Below, piece after piece: positions 1 through 10,378 of a DNA stretch of 38,719 nt. How positions within the stretch are numbered: the stretch's first letter is position 1; each line of letters starts with the position of its first letter. A program made the position numbers and the translations under genes. Origin of the DNA: Octopus bimaculoides (Eukaryota); assembly GCF_001194135.2 (NCBI RefSeq), contig NC_068985.1, forward strand, positions 11,902,883-11,941,601. Direction: 5' to 3'. The notes under the pieces are model-generated. The model was not told the DNA's origin, made no database searches, and was given only the letters and a program-made list of their open reading frames with translations.

Positions 1-20
1 TATATATATGTATATGTGTA

Positions 21-388
21 GGTGCAGAAGTGGCTGTGTGGCAAGTAGCTTACCTAACAACCACATGGCTCCAGGTTCACTCCCTCTGCGCGGCACCTTG
101 GGTAAGTGTCTTCTACTATAGCCTTGGGCCGACCAAAGCCTTGTGAGTGGATTTGGTAGAGGGAAACTGAAAGAAACCCGTCTATATACATACATATATG
201 CATACATCCTTGTGTGTCTGTTTCCCCCCCCCCTCCCTACATAGTTTGACAACAGATGTTGGTGTGTTTACNNNNNNNNNNAAGCACTGGGTTTACAAAA
301 AATAATAACTGGGGTTGATCTTTCGACAACAGGGGGTGCTTCATCATGACACCAGTCAAACGACAGAAACAAATGAAAGAATGAAAGA
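21..388 (+). mobile_element. tRNA-derived SINE, family A (central TA/TG microsatellite), near full length
   Basis: tRNA-like head gtggctgtgtggcaagtagc...ccaggttcactcc, body ...gtgagtggatttggtagagggaaactgaaag, tail ...agtcaaacgacagaaacaaatgaaaga. Homologous copies occur at 1972-2190, 18337-19229, 31565-31922, 32117-32500 and 37962-38719. Confidence 0.8.
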
Positions 389-405
389 TTAAAATAATAC
401 ATATA

Positions 406-642
406 GCGCAGTGGTTAAGAGTGCGGGCTGGTAACCTCAAGATTCCGAGTTTGATTCCAGGCAGTGACCTGAATAATAATAATGATAATAAAAATCGAAA
501 TATACCTTAGGAATGAGAACCTAGGTACGAACTTTCCCCAAGACATCTAATGATGGCCGGAAGGTATATCGGCCGAAACGTTGTGTTAACAATAAACAAG
601 AGGAGGACAAATATCCGTCAAATGCAAATAATTTAAATAATG
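406..642 (+). mobile_element. Hammerhead-containing tRNA-head short element, most complete copy
   Basis: Head gcgcagtggttaagagtgcggg with B-box-like GTTTGATTCC (449-458), then (AAT)n, a linker, a hammerhead motif (542-587) and tail gaggacaaatatccgtcaaatgcaaataat. Homologous segments at 13729-13902, 14215-14358 and 32501-32792. Confidence 0.7.
542..587 (+). ncRNA. Minimal type I hammerhead ribozyme motif (G5A core variant)
   Basis: GACAT CTAATGA T GGCCG-GAAGGTATAT-CGGCC GAAAC GTT GTGTT. Stem I GACAT/GTGTT, perfect 5-bp stem II, GAAAC, GUU triplet. Core reads CUAAUGA instead of CUGANGA. Confidence 0.6.
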
Positions 643-904
643 AAAAGAATACACACATGTAGATTTACGTGGAGCACGAAATTTTATAAAGTAAAGAGCT
701 ATTTCAGGAAGCTCTGTGCTACGTAATAGCATTAATTTTTAAGATCTCTCATTATTGGAGGGATTTTCCACAGAAAAACGCACTTCTTTAGCGCTTGTAA
801 GCGCCATAGTTTTTGTATACTGTATTGATATCGTTTTCAACAAACAGCTGCTTCTCAGGCCTAACAGGAATATATAGTCATCTGGAAATTATGACTATTC
901 TGAA

Positions 905-1116
905 GATGAAATGCTTAGCAGTATTTCGTTTGCCGTTACGTTCTGAGTACGTTCTGAGTTCAAATTCCGCCGAGGTCGACTTTGCCTTTCATCCATTCGG
1001 GGTCGATAAATTAAGTACCAGTTACGCACTGGGGTCGATGTAATCGACTTAATCCCTGTCTCTCCTTGTTTGTCCCCTCTCTTTGTAGCCCCTTTGTGGG
1101 CAATAAAGAAATAAGA
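905..1116 (+). mobile_element. SINE family B, 5'-truncated
   Basis: aaatgcttagc...gttctgagttcaaattccgccgaggtcgactttgcctttcatcc...ggggtcgatgtaatcgac. Carries an 11-bp tandem duplication acgttctgagt (938-948, 949-959). Homologs at 26092-26305, 34184-34611 and 35905-36012. Confidence 0.75.
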
Positions 1117-1511
1117 CAGAGATATGCATACATACATACATACGTAATACATACATACATAAACACGCACACTTCGACACCCTTCTCCCTATATATATTA
1201 TATGTGTATATATAACCTGTTTTATGTATGCATGTCAATATGTATAAACGCTAAATCCGTTGTTATTTACTTTTTGTAAGCCGAAATAACTTACTGAGAG
1301 ACATCTTCTGCTTTTATTGCGTCAGAAATAAATCTCAAATAAATTTCTACCTTCCGTGTTGACAAGAATATCAAATGCAATGAGATTTCGATTTAAATTC
1401 TCGTTCAATAAATTGTGAATTCCGTCAACACGTAACCTCGTCTAATTAGTATGAAAAGGAATTGTTTATCCACCTTCCGTGATTTGAGTGGTAACTTGCA
1501 TTTCTTTTGTG

Positions 1512-1970
1512 AGACACACACGCTCACACGCACACACACGCACACACTCACATATATACATGCACACGCACACGCACACACATGCACACGCACGCATATA
1601 TACTCGGATGCACACTCACATACATACCCGCGCACACACATCCTTACGCACACACACATACATACACCACACGCACCCACACATACGTAGTCACACGCAC
1701 ACACACATACATATACATATACACGCACACACATACACACATGCACATGCAAACACATATACACACACGCACATTCGCATACACGCGCACAAACATACAT
1801 ACCCCACACGCACGAACACATACATACATACACCACACGCACTCATGCGTTCATTTATACGTTTGTATGTATGTGAATGGTGTGTGTGTTTTGTACATGT
1901 GTTTTGTGGGTGTTTGTGTGCGCAGGCATGCGTGTGTGTATGCGTGTGTATACATGTATGCATTTGTATA
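1512..1970. repeat. Degenerate (CA)n then (TG)n low-complexity tract
   Basis: Direct inspection. It explains the His/Thr- and Val/Cys-rich spurious ORFs here. Confidence 0.9.
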
Positions 1971-1971
1971 T

Positions 1972-2190
1972 TTTATTCTTTTATTTGTTGCAGTTATTTG
2001 ACTTCGGCCATGCTGGAACCACCCCCTTATTCGAACAAATCGACCCCAGGACTTATTCTTCGTAAGGCTAGTACTTACTCAATTGGTCTCTTTTGACGCA
2101 CCCCTACGTTACGGGGACGTAAACACAACAGCATCGGTAGTCAAGTGATGGTGTGAGGACAAACACAGACACACCAAAATACACCCCCCA
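1972..2190 (-). mobile_element. SINE family A, 3' half
   Basis: Reverse complement of the family A tail (ggccatgctgga...tcgaccccaggacttattctt...ttacggggacgtaaacac). Confidence 0.75.
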
Positions 2191-2697
2191 TATATATATA
2201 TATGAAGTTGGTTTCGTTCGTATGTTAGAACAGCATGCAGTACATTGGCCGGTGTGTAAACAGTGTCGAAGATAGAATTAAACAATGGGAGTCATAGGAA
2301 GCAATGTTGGATTAAATATATTTATGTAAACGTGTATTCAGCACATTAAGTATACTTGAACGTGGGACGACCTTTCGCTACAATAAAAATTCTCAGTAAA
2401 ATATTTTCCTGCTAGACTACACGTATAAGAAGAGTTTGAGTAGTGAATGTTGTCAAATCGTCAAATATGCGAAAAGAATCAATTGGTCAGTAGAGTTTAT
2501 ATCATGGACACATAAAATCCACACTGTCAGTAGATTCACAGCAAATACGAAATACTGAAACGATATAAATATAAAGTTTGAGAGAATTTTGAATGTTCAA
2601 TGGATTTTAAATCAATGGATTTTAAATCAATGGATTGCGCTAGCTTTTAGATATGACGCAGACTTTAAAGAATAAGGAAAAGGATATTAGAACTTTG

Positions 2698-3295
2698 GGA
2701 TCTTTCTTAAAACGGGGGCCACATTTTTCATTAACGAAACACTTTGAAACTTGGAACACTGGTAGAATGTGTCATATAAAACATCTTTTTGTCTTAGTCT
2801 TCTTTAAAAAAAAAGAAATCTTTAAGTTATTCCATGTTAAAGTTGTCGTATTTCTGTAATTTCAACCAATCACTGACGTCCATTCAGCCGATATACATTA
2901 AGTGCCGACTACATACACAAACGATTCTGAAACAATTCTATCGGTGATAGGGTTAGGGTTAGGGTAAAACAGCAAATTTAAAAAGAAAAAAGCAAATAAA
3001 ACGAAGAAAAAAAACAGAAAATGAAAAAAGCAAATTTAAAATGAAAAAACAAATAAAATGAAGCTATGGCTTAATCAGCCAAAGGAGTAAATATAAACAA
3101 CTGAATACTTGTCAGTGATTGGTTGAAATTATCGAAATAAGACAATTTTTTACATGAAATAAATTCGAATACAAAAATATTTTTCTGTTCTATAACACAA
3201 AATAGATAAGTATACGAAGTTTGAAAATCTTTCGGTACCAAAAACACTACGTAAAACATTAATGAAAAATGTGGCCCCCGTTTTAAAAAAGATCC
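2698..3295. mobile_element. MITE with 8-bp TSD and GG termini (Merlin-like), internal (TTAGGG)n
   Basis: TIRs ggatctttcttaaaacgggggccacatttttcattaa / ttaatgaaaaatgtggcccccgttttaaaaaagatcc. Perfect TSD GAACTTTG at 2690-2697 and 3296-3303. Perfect inner 20-bp IR at 2858-2877 / 3111-3130. TAGGGTTAGGGTTAGGGT at 2948-2965. The superfamily is inferred only from TSD length and GG ends. Confidence 0.85.
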
Positions 3296-4149
3296 GAACT
3301 TTGTCCTGTTTTGTAAAACAGGATCTTCTGGCGTTTGCTTTACTCCTTGCGGAAATTGAACTACTTTTTATGCGATTTGCTTTCTATACAAAGTTATAAG
3401 GACTTAATTTCAAATCTAAATTGGCCATTCATGCAGAAGCGACATTTGATGCTTTTTTTTCCTTCACCTGTCGTCCAGAGCTCTTGTTGGTTGCCAACCT
3501 TGGTGCATTTACCAACTGTTTTGGCCACTCGTTTTTAATGATTATGAGTGCAGTAGCCGAGTTAGTTGATTACTTGTGGACACCATTAGTTTATTACATG
3601 AAGTAATCTCTTGTTCTTGACTGATACTTTTCCATAGTTCTCGGCAGCTCACGGCCTTAACGTGTCACTTGTTTTTTCATTCTTTTCGCTTCTCAGATAA
3701 AACAGCCAGCTGAATGTCTCATAACATCTAAGGATATTTACTCTTCGGCATACAGTTATCAATGGAAGATGTGTCGCAAATGGTCAATCTCATGTATAGT
3801 CGGCAAATACTGATGGAAAACTGTAATTACGCTATTGTTCCAAGTCAGGGCTTCGAGTCAAGTAGGAGGCGCGTTTCCTGAACTCAACTTTTGTTATTTG
3901 ATTCAAGATGCTTTTTTGAAGAACTGTTTCTTTACATTCTGTGTTGCTCTTATAACGTATGTTTATATCTATTAATAAACGAGTTTCCTATATCGAATCG
4001 GAACTAGACTGAGGTGTTCCAAATGCATTCTTAAAAAAGGAGAATCTCATACTCGGAATGCACTTCGGACAAAATCAAATTTCTTAGCACATACATCTGG
4101 TGCTTATGCCGAGCTCTCCGTGAAAATAGTGCAGATTCTGTTATTAGGT

Positions 4150-5194
4150 TGAACATTTGAGGAGTACGTGTTTTATGTTTCGTGTATAATTTGGCGTGCG
4201 TAATTAATTTGTTTAAATCTTAGATTGTCTTTTCCAATTATTTTCTGTTTTCAATGTCTCTTTCAAATGTGGGCCTATCATCAAAAGCGGGATTTTGTGA
4301 CGGATAATTTCGTATAATTGTGTTATTGTTTAAAGTTATTCACTCTGGTCTTTCGGGTATTGGATTTCTTGAACATCAGCTTTCCCGAATTTTCTTATTT
4401 GATGCAATTATGCAGATTCTTCATGCCAGCTTGGAAGGCATATTTGTGCTCGTTTGTTTTGCATAGCAAGAGGAAAATAATAGATAATATTTGAGTCTAA
4501 CAGTCCAAAACAAAATGTCGCATTTTATATATGTATTTGAAGATGTCGAAAGAAAATACTAAATTTCTTTTTTACTGTATTTCATTGTGAATTAGACAGA
4601 TATTAATCTGGTTTTTAAACTCACACAATTGAGCAAGGCTGCGTATCCAGAATTCGAAGCAATTGTTAGGAAAGGTCTCCGGCTGCCGAATACATGTTCA
4701 AGGGAGATATTGCTGAACTTACCTCTGGGGGTATTCGTTATTTGAACCTCTAAATATACCCTGACAATATTCGCATATATGGAGGTTACGTCCATGCCCC
4801 TCAGAGTCCCATATGTATGTTTGTAGGTGTTGTCGATGTAAATGATATTCTATAGTATGAATTCTTAATTTGCCAGAGATAAATATTTTCTCAATTCCTT
4901 AATATATCGTTTAGAAACAATTATTGCAGCCAGAATATTGTACCTCCTATTCTGTATTCGTGCCGAAATATATATGTGCCCCAACATGACCGTAGCTTTG
5001 ATCTGAAACCGATAAAAGAATATATATATATAATATAAGGCCGATACTACGTACGAATTGACATGAGAACAGGTCCCTCTTATGATATTCTCATCATTGT
5101 TCAGAGATTTTTGCGCTAGGTACAAATATACACGAACAAACTGTGCTTTCTGTGCATGTGTGTGTATATATTTTTGAGCAAATACTTTAGTCAA
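4150..5194 (-). pseudogene. Penelope-like element RT and thumb remnant with stops and frameshifts
   Basis: Minus-strand translation gives EFIL*NIIYIDNTYKHTYGTLRGMDVTSIYANIVRVYLEVQI (PLE RT Y.Q..GTAMG..AP.YAN...LE motif), FTMKYSKK, SCYAKQTSTNMPSKLA*RICIIAS (SCHP.HTK.NIP..LARRIC.IV motif) and LNKLITHAKL, in colinear order. Boundaries approximate. Confidence 0.7.
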
Positions 5195-7419
5195 TATTGT
5201 TTATCTCAGCTATTTGTGAGAATTTCTGGTTTCCTTTCCTGAAAATGAATTAATCTTTATCTCTCATGACTACTTTCTAAAGAAATGAAGATACAACCAG
5301 TAAATTTATGAGGCCTCAGCGCTGGATATAATAGAACCATGTGTTAATTATTTATGTTTCTGCGGGTTAGAGCAGCAGGCAATATATTAATCGTATTGCC
5401 GAAGCAATCTATAAACATTTTATGTTGGACATAGAAATGCACATAAATCATGAAAGGATATAAACTGTGGACACTTTATTTGGGAGACTAAACACCTTTT
5501 AGATTATAAAACCTATTGTTACAAAAATAAATGCGAAGATACAATGAAATCTGTATACATCTTACATTTCACGAAATGGTTCTTTGTAATAAAATGCTTC
5601 TTTTCTTACGGAGATGTCTCAGCAGAACAGCGGTGCAGTCATTTTGATAGAGAGAAGTATAAGGATATTTAATGTTAAGGAACTTACAGATAACAGTGTC
5701 AACTATGAAAAGAACGCAAATGTTACAGCTTAATATTCAAAATATATTCTGTTTAAACATAATATTCGAGATATTTCAGATATACATTACTTACAATTAC
5801 GAAATAATTCGATAAATATATTGTTTAAAAAATTCTAATATATATATATATATATAAATATTTATATATGTATATATATGTATATATATATATATATATA
5901 TATNNNNNNNNNNNNNNNNNNNNNNNNNNNNNNNNNNNNNNNNNNNNNNNNNNNNNNNNNNNNNNNNNNNNNNNNNNNNNNNNNNNNNNNNNNNNNNNNN
6001 NNNNNNNNNNNNNNNNNNNNNNNNNNNNNNNNNNNNNNNNNNNNNNNNNNNNNNNNNNNNNNNNNNNNNNNNNNNNNNNNNNNNNNNNNNNNNNNNNNNN
6101 NNNNNNNNNNNNNNNNNNNNNNNNNNNNNNNNNNNNNNNNNNNNNNNNNNNNNNNNNNNNNNNNNNNNNNNNNNNNNNNNNNNNNNNNNNNNNNNNNNNN
6201 NNNNNNNNNNNNNNNNNNNNNNNNNNNNNNNNNNNNNNNNNNNNNNNNNNNNNNNNNNNNNNNNNNNNNNNNNNNNNNNNNNNNNNNNNNNNNNNNNNNN
6301 NNNNNNNNATATATACTTGTTAAATGTTCTTAATGAACGAAATAAAAGAAAGGTAAACATGGAAATGTCAAATGTATCTGTATATCTTTATTTATATATC
6401 TGTGTGGAATATTAAATATCAACATCAGGTAACGACATTGTGATTTCATATGCATCTACAAATATACACACATACATACACACACTAACACATAAGCACA
6501 CTCCCACACACACACAAATATGTATGCACATATACGTGTGTGTGTGTGTGTAGATAAATATGTAAAAACCCTTTCTCTGTTCCTATATATATATTTTCAA
6601 ATACAGCAACTCAGTTTAAATTTCAAGGCCTTATGTTTGAGATCTCCTATGTATTACGATTTGAAATGTAAGCATTTACAATCGGAATACTTAGGAGATT
6701 TGAAATATAAGGCCATGAAATTATAAACTCAATTGCTGTATTTGAAAATCAATGAAGCTCTAGAGTGGTGGATGCCTTTCATGCCAACATGAAAGTGTAT
6801 GAATATTAGTTGCAAATATCAAATAATCCTTGAAGGAATACATAAATGTACTTTCTCTGGAATGGAGATTTCGTCTTAAGGTATATATCTAAAATACATC
6901 TTTGCATGTTGCTGGCAGTCACTTAGTTTTATTGTCATGTACACAAATATACGTAAAGAGTCCCAAAAGTAATAAAGAACATGAAGTTTTGTAAACAAAA
7001 AAAAAATCTAATCAGCAGTTAGTTAGCCTAATAGACATAACTCAGTAACAGATAACATCCATTATACTGTAAATGTGGTAACGACTTGAACGCAGAGTGT
7101 GCGAGATATTGAAATTAGTAAAAATAATACATTTATAGTAGTAATAAATAAGATTAAGTGAGCGATTGCCTTGCCTGCTTTACCTAAATTTACATATTAT
7201 TTTCTCTCTACGGTCTTGTTGTTTACATGGACGTATTTGTTTACGATACGTCGTAATTTACTGTGCAGGGTCTGAATTCTAAAGAAAAGATATTAAAATA
7301 AATTAGTTATGTAACACAATGTTTCAAGATAATCAATTCCAAGAGGAAATGGTAGTCTTCAGGAAATAATATGAACTAGCGCTCATTTGTCTGTGGAGTG
7401 TACCTAATAAATGTCATTG

Positions 7420-8170
7420 AGAAGGACATATGTTGTTGTACACTAAACAATTTGGAAGGAGTGCGGTAAAGGAGCCTGTTTAATTTACAACGGGAATTAT
7501 TTGTTTTCCGACAGACAAAAGCTACAATGAAGGATAAATCGTAAAGACTACACTCTTGAAAATCGCTTGCTAATAGTTGGTGAAGATGTTGCTACTCTAC
7601 GGCAACGAATTCTGTCACTTTCTGCAATTATGTCAGGGGGCTGAATTCTGTTGTCCCATATATGGCCTTCTAGCAGCAGACCCCATTATGCAGCAACTTC
7701 ACATAGCCCTCTGAATTGTCCCTAAGATCCTGATTAAAGATGTTGGGTTCCATGATGTCACCCTCACGAAAGATACAAGCAAAGGCCAGTGATGGCCAGG
7801 GCATTGTAATACCTGTGCATGTCACAATTTACAGCCATTGCAGAGTTCACCAGCGCACTGCGCAGCAATCACGATGCCCTCATTTTGATGGCCGATGCAA
7901 TTCATTATGATACAGACATGTATTGTCCAAAATTCAGAGTGGTTCCAGTTCTCTATATCAGCTAACCGTTCTTCAACTATAACACTAGTCTGTATGCTCT
8001 ACAATGTATCAAGCTCTTCCTGAAGACAAAAAAAAAAAAGAAGAAAACAGCCCAAATATCCTGTACGTGGGCGATCGGCAGATGTAGAGTATTGGTTACA
8101 TTTGCAATGGTTCTCATTGCTTCCTGTGATTTCACTTCCAGCTTGCGATTATGAATCGGCCTACTGATCT
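7420..8170 (-). pseudogene. Decayed Tc1/mariner (maT/DD41D-like) transposase
   Basis: Minus-strand segments QEAMRTIANV (HTH region), EGDIMEPNIFNQDLRDNSEGYVKLL and AARRPYMGQQNSAP*H match the EGD.MPP.IF..GL..NS..YV.LL and GRPYVWQQDSAPCH motifs. Interrupted by many stops and a poly-T run. TIRs not confidently found. Confidence 0.7.
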
Positions 8171-9627
8171 CGATAAATAATGTACTAACCAAATAACCGT
8201 GCAAAGTACCCTCACTGCAATTTTGTTATCTTGTGTATTTCCCCTGAATATTTTTTTTTTCGGTGGAGTGATCATATTTACATATAAACAATAATCCGCG
8301 AACATCTAAAGCAATTAGCGAAACGTTGCTACTTGATGATACTGAGTTACTCTTCTTGTTATGTATATAATTAATTTACTTTGGAATAGATTAAAATATT
8401 TCCTTTGCAAAATTCTCTTCGTCCATCATCATGTGACAAGGCTTTGTTCCTTATATATATCACTATATGTTTGTCGTTAACTAAAATGTTTGATGTATAC
8501 ATATATGAGTGTATTTGACGAATAACACGAAGTCGTGTAATGGATGTTCATACCACCTGAATACAAAAGTGTGTGTCTTCAGTGACGTTTATATTTGTGT
8601 TTGTAGGTGTATTCTATAGGTAAATGTGACTCTTCGTATGCATTCTCCCAAGGACCTCAAGCATGTTATCTCTGGAACGTCTAACAAATCTTCACTCTAC
8701 TTCTCATCGTTGATATACGGAATTTTTGCTATTAGTCTAATTTACTCTTACCTGGATTATCCGAATATTTCTAGGATTTTCTTTCAATGGAGATGTTGTT
8801 ACGAAAGCTCAACGCGTTTATGACAACAGGAATAAATTAAAATATGTATTCATGACATAATTACCTTTCTTATTAATTCCACAAAGAAGTTGTCCGTTTC
8901 CGCCACTTTGGCTGCTGATCACAATGATGCACGGATTTTACTCCGCCTCGGGGAAAAGAAACAAAATCGGGTTTTTGTGTTTTCACCTGTTTACAATTTT
9001 TATTTGAACATGCCAAGACCGCTCTTTACTTTCTAAAAGCGTATAAACTTTGTGGTTTAGGTTTGATGCTGATTTAGCCACGGAGGCAATGCTTCTTGTA
9101 TAAACTATTGTAAACGTCTTGCAAGAAATGATATGTCTCATGGGCAGCTAATGTATTTCCGGAATTTTGGACAGCTAATAATTACGAGTGTGATACCATT
9201 CACATTGGTCGACATAGCTATAGTTGATGATTTGATGAGAGTCTAGAGTTAGAGGCGCATTGATATTTTTCATTTTGATTAGGTACTTATTAGCTTTCGG
9301 CTGTTTTTTGAATGGCAAAAGCAAAGTCTAACAGGTGAGATGTGTTGCACTTATAATAGAGGTATGTATGTATGTATGTATGTATGTATGTATGTATTAT
9401 GTATGTATGTATGTACGTACGTACGTGTGTGTCTGTGTGTATACATACATTTATGCATGCGTGTATGTATGTATGGTTGGATAGATGGACGGATGAATGG
9501 ATGTGTTCATGTGCACATATATATGTGTGTGTCTGTTTGCGGGCGCGCTCGTGTTTGCATATATGTGTGTGTATTTGCGGATGTGTGTGTGTTTGTGTGT
9601 GTATGTGTGTGTGTGAGAGCGTGTGTA

Positions 9628-9667
<40 letters not shown>

Positions 9668-10213
9668 TGCATGTGTACCTATCCTAAGTCGTGATCTACT
9701 ACATCGTTACTTAGTCCAAAACTGAATTTGAAATTTCAGATTAAAATATAATTTATGATAAGAGGTTACCCGAAAACATAAAGAATTCATCGCTGGCCTA
9801 TTACATAAATATATATTCTGTTATTTGAACGATGCAATCCAACAGGCTTAAATCTATATTAAAATGTACTTTTTCATCGAAAGACTTCCATGAGCTCCAA
9901 AAAGAAAGCAGTACATTAGCGTGTTACATGAACTTCTAACATCCGTATACTATCTACACGATCCGCAATACACACTTTCATGGCATCATAATATTTACGT
10001 TTGCCTCTTAATCAGAGTGAATACAAAGACTTAGTATGAATATAACAGTTTCAACGGTATAGCTGTTTTACTAAAAGCTTTATCTATGGCTTGTAATGGT
10101 AACATTGGCAAGATAACTGATGCAATGAAAGAATTGATAATAAAGAACGATTATTATAACTACAGTGCTGTAGCATAACGAATAAGAAAACTTTGAACAG
10201 GGCAGTCCTACTG

Positions 10214-10237
10214 TGACGTCAAAATAGATGTCTGACG
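10214..10237. promoter_or_regulatory. CRE palindrome TGACGTCA plus half-site TGACG
   Basis: Motif match only, about 110-130 bp upstream of the candidate ATG at 10344. Confidence 0.25.
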
Positions 10238-10343
10238 TTTAAATACATTTGAAACATTGAAATTTCAGCAGAAATTTAAACCAAGTCCTGTAAAAGTTAG
10301 ATTCTTTTACGGAAAGGGTGATATTTAAACTAACTGAAAAGAT

Positions 10344-10378
10344 ATGCCGAAACCGCCGGACACCGTAACTGTAAAATT
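10344..10378 (+). CDS. Candidate upstream coding exon of the RBCK1/HOIL-1-like gene (MPKPPDTVTVK + TT)
   Basis: ATG with upstream in-frame TGA (10335) and strong donor TT|GTAAGT at 10379. Its phase 2 matches the acceptor at 19535 and gives TVTVKFKITSKTTAGDLKRMV, resembling HOIL-1 UBL [21 protein letters not shown]. A phase match alone has about a 1 in 3 chance. Confidence 0.5.

Noticed and set aside
406-470. tRNA gene calls for tRNA-like heads (also 14215, 24645, 38420-38491)
   Set aside because: No complete cloverleaf with acceptor stem; each continues into a repeat body, so these are SINE heads.
1405-2096. Long His/Thr- or Val/Cys-rich ORFs (also 9340-9725, 11068-11282, 30605-30915)
   Set aside because: They are translations of (CA)n/(TG)n microsatellites.
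2597-2636. 15-bp tandem repeat tcaatggattttaaa (about 2.7 copies)
   Set aside because: Ordinary slippage duplication with no spacers; not CRISPR-like.
8400-9250. Possible second PLE RT relic on the minus strand (KVAETDNFFVELIRKGNY, ECIRRVTFTY)
   Set aside because: Only faint motif resemblance with many stops; needs an HMM search.
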